From Macrostomum hystrix (lineage: Eukaryota; Animalia; Platyhelminthes): a stretch of 64,000 nt of DNA. Location: positions 18,910,001 to 18,974,000 of the forward strand of contig CATNEN010000039.1 of assembly GCA_950097015.1 (NCBI GenBank). The letters run 5' to 3'. The translations under genes were made by a program, and so were the position numbers. Under the pieces are notes generated by a model. That model saw only the letters and a program-made list of their open reading frames with translations, ran no database searches and was not told the origin of the DNA. The stretch's first letter is position 1; each line of letters begins with the position of its first letter. This document shows, piece after piece, positions 1 through 12,640 of this stretch.

Positions 1-445
1 AGAATATAATAGATTAGAATAGAATAGAAATAGAAATAGAAAAGACTAGAATGGAATAGAATAGAATAGAATGGGATTGAATATAATATAATAGAATAGA
101 ATAGAATAGAATCGAATAGAATAGAATAGAATGGAATAGAATGTAATATAATATAATAGGCTAGAATAGAGTAGAATAGAAAATAAAAGAAATTAATAGA
201 ATAGAAATAGAATAGAATAGAATAGAATCGAATCGAATAGAATATAATAGAATAGAATAGAATAGAATAGAATCGAATAGAATAGAATAGAATGGAATAG
301 AATAGAATAGAATGGAATAGAATGTAATATAATATAGTAGGCTAGAATAGAATAGAATAGAAATAGAATAGACTAGAATGGAATGGAATAGAATATAATA
401 GAATAGAATAGAACAGAACAGAATATAATAGAATACAATAGATTA
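1..445. repeat. (AATAG)n pentanucleotide satellite
   Basis: Direct reading: AATAG/AATGG/AATCG units from the window start to ~445. Confidence 0.95.
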
Positions 446-1261
446 ATCGAAGTGCGTTGAAGCAGTAACGTCAACTTCAGCTACTTTAAGTAGAAACAAA
501 TTATTTTTAGAAAGAAAACCTAAAAAATAAATCTTGCCTAAGTAGGGCTTGCTTAACTGACAAATTTCATCGGTCGATTGCTAAATTTATTGCTAATAAC
601 TCGATTGCTAAGTCTGCTTGACGCTTGACTACACCTGCACCTTCAGTTTGGTTTGCATGTCTTGCCCGATAGAGACTCTGTTTATTTCGTTTCTCCAAGC
701 CCCATAACAACAGGAATGGTTCATAAACCTCTGCCCCACCTTGCCACTTAAAGGGGCTTAAGGAGGCAAGACTTTAGCTAAACAGAGCTGATATTAGCTG
801 AAAAATTAAAGTGCTCTCTACTCGCCGTCTTATTCAAGCTTCTCAACTATCAGCTATCGGCACTGAGCATAGCGATGAGAAATGAGCTACCGCTCAACCT
901 GAAGTCTGACTTGTAAACTTTCCATTGCAGCTCTCTGCGCTCAGCAACCAACTCCCTCTTGTGCATGCCGTCCCCGAAAATCTACCTGTTCATTTAACTC
1001 TCTCTCCCTTTTCTTTCTACCATCTTAGGCTCATGGCGAATGAACACTTAAGAATGCTTAAGCGATGGGGTGGTGGCAGCCTAAACTATTGGCGTCATGG
1101 TTTCCAAGGCTTCCAAGGCGGTGGAAGGGAAAGACAGACAGAGGCTGAGACTGAGACTGATGTTTTTTGGCAGTATTAACAAACGATATTTGAGTTTGAG
1201 CAGACGTTAAGCAAGACCAGCTCAAACAAAGATTGATCTTTTGGGTGGCCAAGCAGAGAAC

Positions 1262-3262
1262 ATGGCCTCGGCAGCCTTTGACTACACGGTGCGGTCGACG
1301 CACAACAGCCTGCTAGAGACCTGCGACCCCCAGCGATACCAGCTCACCCAGCCGGTCTGCCAGCACCTGTCAGCCGTGGACAATGGGCTGCGGCATATGA
1401 AGCTGGACAATCATTTCTTGGAGCGTTCGCAGCTCTGGCGCCAGCGGGTGCCATGCGCCGAGGTCGCCGAGCATCGCGAGCGCAGCACGGACGCATTGCA
1501 GCGCGGCGAAGCCTTCCTACGGGACTACCGCGCCGCAATGTCGAAGGACTTCGCGTCCACCCTCACCGAGGGCCAGTCGGCTGCTAATCAATCGGCAGCT
1601 CTAGACGGCCTGCGTGGCTTCCGTCGCGAGTTCGATCCTAACGCCATGGTTGCGCACGATCGGGTGCAGCGTTTCTGCGACTGGGTCGGAGTGACCGACC
1701 GTTTCACCGGCTACCGGAACAACCTGACCCGGGGCTCCCGCGAGCCGTTGCGCTTCAATCCTCAGTGGCGTCGAGGTGACCCGGACCTGCCGAGTCTCAG
1801 CCACGCCAAGTTTGTCCCGGAAACTCTGGCAAACTGCGGGCCACCTCAGAGGTGAGATGAGGGAGTAGTAAGCAGTGATTGAGCCATGTATTTAGGACAA
1901 GGCTGAATAGAATGCAGGGGTCGGCAAACTCCGGCCCGCGGGCCAGATGCGGCCCTCACAGCTCCGAAATCCGGCCCGTTGCCCCTTCCGACACCTAAAA
2001 TATCCTGTTGCATCTTTCCCCTGTCTTATCTCTCCCGTGTCTCATCTCTCCCCTGTCTTATCTCTCCCCTGTCTCATCTATCCCCTGTCTCATCTCTCCC
2101 CTGTCTCATCTCTCCCGTGTCTCATCTCTTACATCTCTCATCTCTCCTGAGTCTCATCTCTCCCGTGTCTCATCTCTCCCGTGTGTCATCTCTCCCGTGT
2201 CTCATCTCTCCCGTGTGTCATCTCTCACGTGTCTCATCTCTCCCGTGTCTCATCTCTCCTGTGTCTTTTCCCTCCCCTGTCTCATCTCTACCGTGTCTCA
2301 TCTCTTACATCTCTCATCTCTCCTGAGTCTCATCTCTCCCCTGTCTTATCTCTCCCATCTCTCATCTCTCCCGTGTCTCATCTCTCTCGTGTCTTTTCCC
2401 TCCCCTGTCTCATCTCTCCCGTGTCTTATCTCTTATCTCTCCTGTGTCTTATCTCTCCTGTGTCTTATCTCTCCTGTGTCTTATCTCTCCTGTGTCTTAT
2501 CTCTCCTGTGTCTCATCTTCCCCTGTCACCTCTTCTCTGCCTCATCTCTCCCCTATTTCTCTCATATTTTTCAGTCAATGCGGCCCGCTGTCGTCGTACT
2601 AATTTAATAGCTAGGTAAACTGTAGCAATGCCGAGTTAAGTGTTTTGCAATTGTTACAGTGAAGTCGGGATTTGAACCCCCGACCTTCAAGTCTTGAGTC
2701 CTACACCCTAACCACTAGCCCACTAGCCTACAACCTCTTCCAAACTCGCACATACATAATTTCTTTCATCGATCTAATTAAAAATACTACCTTTCACACG
2801 ATACTAACCTATTTGATATTTCGTTCGTGTATGCAAGACCCTACTCAAAACCTTAACGAGTCTATTCGTGCAATAATCAAGCCTGCAATTCTACCCTGTC
2901 ATCGAAGGTTCAACCTGCGCCAGAAGTCGGCACCCCCGCCGAGCCGCAGACCCGGTGATCGTGTCGGCGCCTCCTACGAGCAGCAGCAGCAGCAGCAGCA
3001 GTGCACGCCACAGGAGCTGGCTGGAATCCCTACAAAGTTTCCCGGCTCCACAGAGTACAAGGATCGCTACCTGAGGCCGAAGACCGCCAACACGCGCTTC
3101 GATTACGTCATCAATCCGCAGCCGGACTTCTCCGTCATCGGCCGGCCGCTGCTGAAAGCGGAGCCGGAGCTGCGCAAGACCGAGTACGAGGATCGCTACC
3201 TGTGGCCCGACTCGCGCAATCTGCAGCCGACGCCGTGGAGCAGGACCGGCGGACGCCACTGA
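1262..3262 (+). CDS. Two-exon uncharacterised ~314-aa protein with C-terminal TEYxDRY repeats, possibly a SAXO/microtubule-inner-protein-like ciliary protein
   Basis: Exon 1262-1851 (ATG 1262, donor AG|GTGAG) joins exon 2908-3262 (acceptor GAAG|G) in phase 2 (...PPQR|FNLRQK...). Codons are GC-rich. STEYKDRY and KTEYEDRY resemble Mn motifs. The family call is inference, and the 5' end may have further exons. Confidence 0.7.
1915..2595 (+). mobile_element. hAT-type MITE, right end truncated, with expanded internal 16-bp minisatellite (intronic)
   Basis: Begins CAGGGGTCGGCAAACTCCGGCCCGCGGGCCAGATGCGGCCC, identical to the copy at 9423. Internal TCTCATCTCTCCCGTG array, then CAGTCAATGCGGCCCGCTGTCGTC; the right TIR is missing. 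Confidence 0.85.
2658..2728 (-). mobile_element. tRNA-derived SINE head / tRNA pseudogene
   Basis: Minus strand has an A-box-like TGGGCTAGTGGTTA and B-box GGTTCAAATCC, but no pairing acceptor stem. Similar to the SINE head at 45100-45172. Confidence 0.6.
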
Positions 3263-3664
3263 TTGCGTGATGGACAAGTTGAGACATTATTTTATTGAAT
3301 AAGCTGAGAATGTTCTAGAAGGAGGACAAGACTGGCCGTTGATTTTTTGGCCTCCTTCGAGAAGTACTCGTAGTTGTTCTTTAGCGGTAGAACTTTTTAG
3401 CACTTTCGTAGACTTATAGTTTAAGCATCGATGTTGAAGTAACGGATAAATAAAAGAAACGATTTGATAAAAGTAACGTTAAATTACCGATTTTGGAAAA
3501 AATTGTCTCAGAAAAGTAGCTGATCAGCAAAATAATTTTGCAAAGATTATCAACACATATAACGTACGAGTGTTGGCAATATGCGGCAAAAATGTAACTA
3601 CGAGTATTAAGGAAAGTAAATTTAAACGCTGACAATAGTAGAAAAATAGCCTTTTTAACAAAAA

Positions 3665-3875
3665 CGGATTATAAAAAGTAACGCCGTTTAGTAACGTATT
3701 TAAAAGTAACGTCTTTAAAAGTAACGCACTTAAAAGTAACGTCTTTAAAAGTAACGTCTTTAAAAGTTACGTATTTACAAGTTACGTACTTAAAAGTAAC
3801 GTACTTAAAAGTAACGTATTTAAAAGTTACGTATTTAAAAGTAACGTATTTAAAAGTAACGTATTAAAAATGTAA
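3665..3875. repeat. 15-bp minisatellite (TTAAAAGTAACGTAT)
   Basis: About 13 tandem units read directly. Confidence 0.9.
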
Positions 3876-4554
3876 CATACAGTGAGGTTGGAAGATTAAT
3901 TTAACAAAAGCCCAGCAAAAATTATTACTTTACTTTCTTCGCATTATTTTTACAATCTTGCTTTTGCTGCGAAATCGATTGCCGTTTGCGATTTCCCATT
4001 CTTATTCAATTGATTGGCTAACTAAGCACTAACTGAGCGAATTCTGCTAAATTAATATGGCTGCCTTTTGTCCTCAGTTGTAATGTTTTTTCTGCCTTCA
4101 AAATAGAAAAAATGAAGGACTGTCTATTCTCTGATCATATAGTATTTTAACAATTTTCAGCTAAAACTAAATGATTTAAAAAATTTTATCGCCTAAACTT
4201 TTTGATTGACAAGTTATTGAGCTAAATTATTCTGTCGTGTCATCACTATATCAGGAAGTTAATGGAGTTATCAATTAATATCGTAAAACACTAGCTAACT
4301 GCAGCTACGAAATCTATTTTCACTAATGTAATTCGACTGGGAAAATGCTTGCCGAAAATTTTCCAGGATATATACATATCAATATACCTGCCAATTCAAT
4401 TTGTCCATTAAAAATAAAAATAAATTTCATTTAGCTCGTACATGCATTACCTCAGTAGATTGTTTTTAGGCGTCAATTACTCTACCGATGTAGCTGTGAT
4501 CACTGAGCTGTGAACGCGACGATGTCTGAAAATTCGATTCAGTGACAGATGAAG

Positions 4555-6965
4555 CTAGTGTCAGATGGTGTAGTTTTTAGATGGATGAGTGTCAGAAGGA
4601 TGAGTGTCAGAGGGATGAGTGTCAGAAGGATGAGTGTCAGATGGATGAGTGTCAGAGGGATGAGTGTCAGAAGGATGAGTGTCAGAAGGATGAGTGTCAG
4701 ATGGATGAGTGTCAGAAGGATGAGTGTCAGATGGTGTAGTTTTTAGATGGTTGAGTGTCAGAAGGATGAGTGTCAGATGGATGAGTGTCAGAAGGATGAG
4801 TGTCAGAATGATGAGTGTCAGATGGATGAGTGTCAGAAGGATGAGTGTCAGATGGTGTAGTTTTTAGATGGATGAGTGTCAGAAGGATGAGTGTCAGATG
4901 GATGAGTGTCAGAAGGATGAGTGTCAGAATGATGAGTGTCAGATGGATGAGTGTCAGAAGTATGAGTGTCAGATGGATGAGTGTCAGAAGGATGAGTGTC
5001 AGATGGATGAGTGTCAGAAGGATGAGTGTCAGAATGATGAGTGTCAGATGGATGAGTGTCAGAAGTATGAGTGTCAGATGGATGAGTGTCAGAAGGATGA
5101 GTGTCAGATGGTGTAGTTTTTAGATGGTTGAGTGTCAGAAGGATGAGTGTCAGATGGATGAGTGTCAGAAGGATGAGTGTCAGATGGATGAGTGTCAGAT
5201 GGTGTAGTTTTTAGATGGTTGAGTGTCAGAAGGATGAGTGTCAGAAGTAGAAGTGTCAGAAGGATGAGTGTCAAAAGTAGAACTGTCAGAAGTAGAAGTG
5301 TCAAAAGTAGAACTGTCAGAAGTAGAAGTGTCAGAAGTAGAAGTGTCAGAAGTAGAACTGTCAGGAGTAGAAGAATCAGATGTAGAAGTCTCAGAAGTAG
5401 AACTGTCAGAAGAAGAACTGTCAGAAGAAGAACTGTCAGAAGAAGAACTGTCAGAAGAAGAACTGTCAGAAGTAGAAGTATCAGATGTAGAAGTGTCAGA
5501 AGAAGAACTGTCAGAAGAAGAACTGTCAGAAGAAGAACTGTCAGAAGAAGAACTGTCAGAAGAAGAACTGTCAGAAGTAGTGTCAAAAGCAGAACTGTCA
5601 AAAGTAGAAGTGTCAGGAGTAGAAGTGTCAGAAGTAGAAGTGTCAGAAGTAGAACTGTCAGAAGAAGAACTGTCAGAAGTAGTGTCAAAAGCAGAACTGT
5701 CAAAAGTAGAAGTGTCAGGAGTAGAAGTGTCAGAAGTAGAAATGTCAGAAGTAGAACTGGCAAAAGTAGAAGTGTCAGGAGTAGAAGTGTCAGAAGTAGA
5801 AGTGTCAGAAGTAGAAGTGTCAGAAGTAGAAGTGTCAGAAGTAGAAGTATCAGATGTAGAAGTGTCAGAAGTAGAACGGTCAGAAGTAGAAGTATCAGAT
5901 GTAGAAGTGTCAGAAGAAGAACTGTCAGAAGAAGAACTGTCAAAAGCAGAACTGTCAAAAGTAGAAGTGTCAGGAGTAGAAGTGTCAGAAGTAGAAGTGT
6001 CAGAAGTAGAAGTGTCAGAAGTAGAAGTGTCAAAAGTAGAACTGTCAGAAGTAGAAGTGTCAGAAGTAGAAGTGTCAGAAGTAGAAGTGTCAGAAGTAGA
6101 AGTGTCAGAAGTAGAAGTATCAGATGTAGAAGTGTCAGAAGTAGAACGGTCAGAAGTAGAAGTATCAGATGTAGAAGTGTCAGAAGAAGAACTGTCAGAA
6201 GAAGAACTGTCAAAAGCAGAACTGTCAAAAGTAGAAGTGTCAGGAGTAGAAGTGTCAGAAGTAGAAGTGTCAGAAGTAGAAGTGTCAGAAGTAGAAGTGT
6301 CAAAAGTAGAACTGTCAGAAGTAGAAGTGTCAGAAGTAGAAGTGTCAGAAGTAGAACTGTCAGGAGTAGAAGAATCAGATGTAGAAGTGTCAGAAGTAGA
6401 ACGGTCAGAAGTAGAAGTATCAGATGTAGAAGTGTCAGAAGAAGAACTGTCAGAAGAAGAACTGTCAAAAGCAGAACTGTCAAAAGTAGAAGTGTCAGGA
6501 GTAGAAGTGTCAGAAGTAGAAGTGTCAGAAGTAGAAGTGTCAGAAGTAGAAGTGTCAAAAGTAGAACTGTCAGAAGTAGAAGTGTCAGAAGTAGAAGTGT
6601 CAGAAGTAGAACTGTCAGGAGTAGAAGAATCAGATGTAGAAGTGTCAGAAGTAGAACTGTCAGAAGTAGAAGTATCAGATGTAGAAGTGTCAGAAGAAGA
6701 ACTGTCAGAAGAAGAACTGTCAGAAGAAGAACTGTCAGAAGAAGAACTGTCAGAAGAAGAACTGCCAGAAGAAGAACTGTCAGAAGTAGTGTCAAAAGCA
6801 GAACTGTCAAAAGTAGAAGTGTCAGGAGTAAAAGTGTCAGAAGTAGAAGTGTCAGAAGTAGAAGTGTCAGAAGCAGAACTGTCAAAAGTAGAAGTGTCAG
6901 AAGTAGAACTGTCGGAAGTAGAAGTGTCAGATCTAGAAGCGTCAGAAGTAGAAGTGTCAGAAGGA
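4555..6965. repeat. 15-bp minisatellite, two subtypes (GAGTGTCAGAAGGAT then GAAGTGTCAGAAGTA)
   Basis: ~2.4 kb array that explains the ORFs at 4549-7093. Confidence 0.95.
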
Positions 6966-7680
6966 TGTATGTCAGGAGTGTGTTCCGAGGGGGGAGGGTC
7001 ATTAGGAAGAAGTGCCAGGGGTACGATTGTCGTCAGATGTTAATGATACTATTCCATAGAGTCATTTCTTTTGATTTATCGAAAGCTAAATGATGCAACT
7101 AACACTTAGCCTACTCAAGTATTCTTGTAAACAATTGTTTTGCTCCTAGTAGAAGTTCTACTCGATTTCTAACGATCTATTGTCAAACTTAAACATCTGA
7201 TTTGTGATAGTAAGCCTGAATAATAGGCGTCATAACGGTTGAAATGATACTGTAGAATTGTGGCTCCTCATTAGCAAAAATTGCTTATCTTGTCCATTGA
7301 GTACGAGGCTTAGAGAACGCTTACAATCTATGCGCGCAATCTATCACTTCCCCGCTAGCCAATCTGCTTGGGACCTGAGCCAGAACTGAGCCAGATAATA
7401 AGCCCCAGAGGGTACAGAGTAGGAGACACAGGAGAGAGAGACAGCGCTTAGACACGACTCTGAACTGTATAAGAGTCACTGCCAAAGCCTTTGGGTGAGA
7501 GCAGTACAGTGTGTGTCCCATGCACTGGCGTACAGAGCAAGCAAACTAGAAGAACGTTATAGAGCTGAATAAGACAGATAGAAGTCGCAGCAAGACATGT
7601 TCATACTTTTAGAATCGCGTTTTTAATAAGTCAAAATTAGGAGCGCTTCAAAATAACTGCCCGCGAGTCCTTGGTGGTTG

Positions 7681-8802
7681 ATGACAGCAGGTGGACAGTA
7701 CATGTCATCTAGCAGCTGCCGAATCTGTGGCGATCGCGGAGCCGGCGCTCACTATGGCGTCGTGACCTGCGTCGCTTGTAAATCCTTCTTCAAACGCACC
7801 GTGCAGCTCTGCCTCACCTACCGGTGCGACCTGGGCGGCAGGTGTCGCATCAAGCAGGCCACCAGAAAGCAGTGCCAGTCCTGCAGGTTTCAGTGCTGCC
7901 TGCGAGCTGGAATGCGAACAGACCTAGTGCGCTCATTGGCGGACGATGTGCCCGAAGCTTCCCGCGTCAATTTCGTCTCCGCAGCACCCGCGGCGATGCG
8001 CCAAGTGTCGTCCTCTTCAGGAACCTTCTTGACAGTGTCGTCTCCCGAGTCTGCAGGTTCGTCTGCATCGGTGCCGAGCTTCTATGGCGAACTCAGCGAG
8101 GTTGGCGTCGTGGACCCGCTGCTGCAGTGTTTAGTCGATATCGAGCCAGCCGAATTCAACATCGACTCCAGCTTCGCTGCCCAGCACTTTCTGCCGGAGT
8201 CTGTGCGCAACACCACTCGACTGCTGACAGCGGCAGACACGCACGCCACCGCGGTGGCCCGATGGGTGAGCCGGCTGCCCGGTCTAGAAGCTCTCACGCC
8301 GGCTGAGCGCGAGCGCCTGTTCGAGGAGAACTGGCCCGCTCCTGTGGTGGCCAGCGTCGCCTGGCGCAGCCGTTCAGAACCTCCTGGAAGCCTGCGAGTC
8401 TGCGCGAATCTCCAGCTGACCAATGCGGTGGATGTGGCGCCGCGAGTACTTCGCGGAGCGCTGACCGAGGCTCTCCGCCTGGCCCAACAGCTGCGTTATC
8501 TGCAGCTCAGTCGTGACGAGTACCTTGCGCTTAAACCGCTCCTGTTCCTATCCGCTCAGGATGCCGAACTTTTATCACGGGCCGAGCCGCTGATGGATCC
8601 CTACCTTAAGATGCTCGGCCGGGTCTGCCCCAGCCGGGATCGTCGGGCGAGGCTCCTGCTTCTGACTGGTGGCGTCAGCTGCGTTCGCTTTCAAGCGGCC
8701 GCGTTCTGGCGTCGGGCTGCAGCTAGAGAAGGGCACGCGCTACCGCCGCTGCTTGCCACCGCTCTGCGTGGCCTGGTGCGGCTTAGGTACTACTGGCCTT
8801 GA
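7681..8802 (+). CDS. Intronless nuclear hormone receptor, divergent ERR (NR3B)-like, 373 aa
   Basis: C4 zinc-finger DBD CRICGD..HYGVVTCVACKSFFKRTVQ..C.....C...RKQCQSCRFQCCLRAGM. LBD segments LVDIEP, AVARWVSRLPGLEAL, ERERLFEENW and LSRDEYLALKPL align by memory to ERR. The receptor call is secure; the subfamily is inference. Confidence 0.9.
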   Translation: MTAGGQYMSSSSCRICGDRGAGAHYGVVTCVACKSFFKRTVQLCLTYRCDLGGRCRIKQATRKQCQSCRFQCCLRAGMRTDLVRSLADDVPEASRVNFVSAAPAAMRQVSSSSGTFLTVSSPESAGSSASVPSFYGELSEVGVVDPLLQCLVDIEPAEFNIDSSFAAQHFLPESVRNTTRLLTAADTHATAVARWVSRLPGLEALTPAERERLFEENWPAPVVASVAWRSRSEPPGSLRVCANLQLTNAVDVAPRVLRGALTEALRLAQQLRYLQLSRDEYLALKPLLFLSAQDAELLSRAEPLMDPYLKMLGRVCPSRDRRARLLLLTGGVSCVRFQAAAFWRRAAAREGHALPPLLATALRGLVRLRYYWP

Positions 8803-8884
8803 GTAAAGTCAGGAGGGTTGAGTAAAGCAGGCATCGAATGGTACTAAGATATTGCGTAGTACATTCGTGGCGGCACTTTCGATG

Positions 8885-9345
8885 CGCTTTTTAAGAATGC
8901 AGGACGGTGGATGTCTCGATTTCTTAGAATGCGTGAATTGCATCAATCGGTTTCTAAGAATTCAGGAAGGTGAATGGCTCGGCTTCTTAGAATGCGTGGG
9001 GAGGTGAATGCGTCTCGGTTTTTTGAGTAATCCACGCTGGTATGTCGATTACTCGATTTATTAGAACCCGGGGGGAGTCATGATGGCTCGGTTTCTTAGA
9101 ATCCAGAGAGGTTGATGTCCCGGTTTCTTAGAATGCGATGAAATTAAGCTGGAAGTGGCTCGTTTTCTAAGAATTCAATGTACAGAATGGCTCCATCGGT
9201 TTCTTAGAATCCAGGGAGGTTGATGGCTCGATTTCTTAGCATCCAGGGGAAGTTAATGGCTCGGTTTCTTAGAATGCGGAGAGGTTGATGGCTCGGTTTC
9301 TAAGAATCCAGGGAGGTCGATGGCTGGGTTTCTTAGAATGTGTTT
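8885..9345. repeat. Degenerate ~32-bp tandem repeat with conserved TTCT(T/A)AGAA core
   Basis: Units like GATGGCTCGGTTTCTTAGAATCCAGGGAGGTT; ten perfect TTCNNNGAA cores. Confidence 0.85.
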
Positions 9346-9422
9346 CTTAAAATCTTAAAATCAGATGATTCATTTTTTGAGATGGTGTCTGTAGACATGA
9401 ACATGTACCTCTTACTCCAAAG

Positions 9423-9842
9423 CAGGGGTCGGCAAACTCCGGCCCGCGGGCCAGATGCGGCCCTCGAAGCTCCCAAATCCGGCCCGTTGCCCCTTCTGAC
9501 ATCTACAGTATCCTGTTTCATCTCTCCCGTGTCTCATCGCTCTCGTATCTAATCTCTTCCCTATCTTATCTCTCCCGTGTCTCATCTCTCCCGTGTCTCA
9601 TCTCTCCCGTGTCTTATCTCTCCCGTGTCTCATCTCTCTCGTGTCTCATCTCTCCCGTGTCTTATCTCTCCCGTGTCTCATCTCTCTCGTGTCTCATCTC
9701 TCTCGTGTCCCATCTTTCCTGTGTCTCATCTCTCCCGTGTCTCACTCTCTCCTCTATCTCATATTTATACAGTCAATGCGGCCCGCTGTCGTCTTTTAGG
9801 CTCTCTCTTTGGCCCGCCAGCAAATAAGTTTGCCTACCCCTG
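9423..9842 (+). mobile_element. Complete hAT-type MITE (420 bp)
   Basis: TIRs CAGGGGTCGGCAAACT / AGTTTGCCTACCCCTG. 8-bp TSD CTCCAAAG (9415-9422) / CTCTAAAG (9843-9850). Internal 16-bp minisatellite. Confidence 0.92.
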
Positions 9843-10440
9843 CTCTAAAGCGTACCTCTTTACCTCTTAATACTTTGTTGATGATATGCCGTTCAAACGA
9901 CAATTATAATTAAATTAAATTCTTCATGTTTCGATTTATAAACAACCACAGTGCGAACGAGATAGATAAAATTTATTAATGTCGATGGATTTTTCGACAA
10001 TTTAACTAGCTTCGACTTATAGGCAGCTTATTTAATGAGCCGGTTCATTTCTCTAGCTCGTAATAGTTTACTCTGTAAGAATTCAATGTCTAGATCAGTA
10101 AGTGGATATTGTGCATCAAGCTTCTATGTAGAGTGAAGTGATTTCACATAGCCGAAAACGTGCCCTAAGAACTTTGGTTTTGCTTCTGAATTGAAACACT
10201 CAACATGCTACTGCTATAGTAGCATCGTATAATAATCTGCAGTTTAGTTGTCTCACAAAAAAATAATTTGCGCGTAACATGTTTGGCTTTGATTTATAAT
10301 GCTTGGAGATTTTCACTGTGATTTCTAAAACAAGATAAGACTTTTGTAGTGACACAAGATGTCTTCGGAATTATAATGACCTCGAAAACTCTAATCGAAT
10401 GCACGAAATTAACTCTAGCCGATATGTCAAACCACTCAAT

Positions 10441-10810
10441 AGCTTTCTCATATCTCTCCAAGCTTTCTCATATCTCTCCCTAGCTTTCTCGTATCTCTCC
10501 CTAGCTTTCTCGTATCTCTCCCTAGCTTTCTCGTATCTCTCCCTAGCTTTCTGATATCTCTCCCTAGCTTTCTCGTATCTCTCCCTAGCTTTCTCATATC
10601 TCTCCAAGCTTTCTGATATCTCTCCCTAGCTTTCTCGTATCTCTCCCTAGCTTTCTCGTATCTCTCCCTAGCTTTCTGATAACTCTCCCTAGCTTTCTCA
10701 TATCTCTCCCTAGCTTTCTCATCTCTCCCTAGCTTTCTCATCTATCCCTAACTTTCTCATATCTCTCCAAGCTTTCTGATATCTTCCTAGCTTTGTCTCC
10801 CTAGCTGTCT
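10441..10810. repeat. 21-bp minisatellite (TAGCTTTCTCGTATCTCTCCC)
   Basis: Tandem units read directly. Confidence 0.92.
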
Positions 10811-11251
10811 CATCGCGATTTAAAGTCAATCCGGCAGTTTTGTTTATGAGAACTTCGTACAGGACTTTTATAAATGTAAAAAATGAAATTAGAAAACAAA
10901 ACAAATTATTAATGTTTAAACAGACAATGCAACAGGTTTACCGGTTAATTCGTCTGGCAAACGAGCGCGCATGTCTTTAAATCGGTTAAAAAATTATTCA
11001 TAAACAAATTTGGTTCGCGTGTATTATGTGATGCAAAGTTTACTGTTGAGTTAGCCCCAAACAGGGGAGCGAATACATGACAATTGTTAGCAAAAATACC
11101 GCCAATTCAGCTACTAATAGATCAGAAAAATTTCCGATTATACAAACAAACTGTTCTAGTTCAATGAACAATGGCCGACGTGTTGACTGACTACGGTTGT
11201 TGAGTTCGAATTACAAAAGAACAAACGATTTATTAATAAGCCGACAGCTGT

Positions 11252-12481
<1,230 letters not shown>

Positions 12482-12640
12482 TGTTCAAAGTTGCGTTGGT
12501 TTTCTTGAAGAAAAGAGAATTAAAGTTGAAGGAAGCTAGCGAAGCTTATGCTACAGAAGACTAGAGGTTTGTGTTGTCTGAGGGATGTGGAAATTCGCTG
12601 CTTTTCATATTGGGCCCAGACTTGAGGGACTCAGCGCTTC

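Noticed and set aside
1947-2618. Overlapping HLSRVSSLPCLISPV ORFs (also 9340-9870)
   Set aside because: Translations of the 16-bp repeat inside the hAT MITEs.
2658-2728. Functional tRNA genes here and at 27075, 30570, 39370 and 45100
   Set aside because: A/B boxes are present but acceptor stems do not pair and several continue into SINE bodies.
4549-7093. 590-630-aa ORFs (poly-Leu/Thr, RS-rich, Glu/Val/Ser-rich)
   Set aside because: Open frames of a 15-bp minisatellite on both strands, with no unique coding sequence or splice context.
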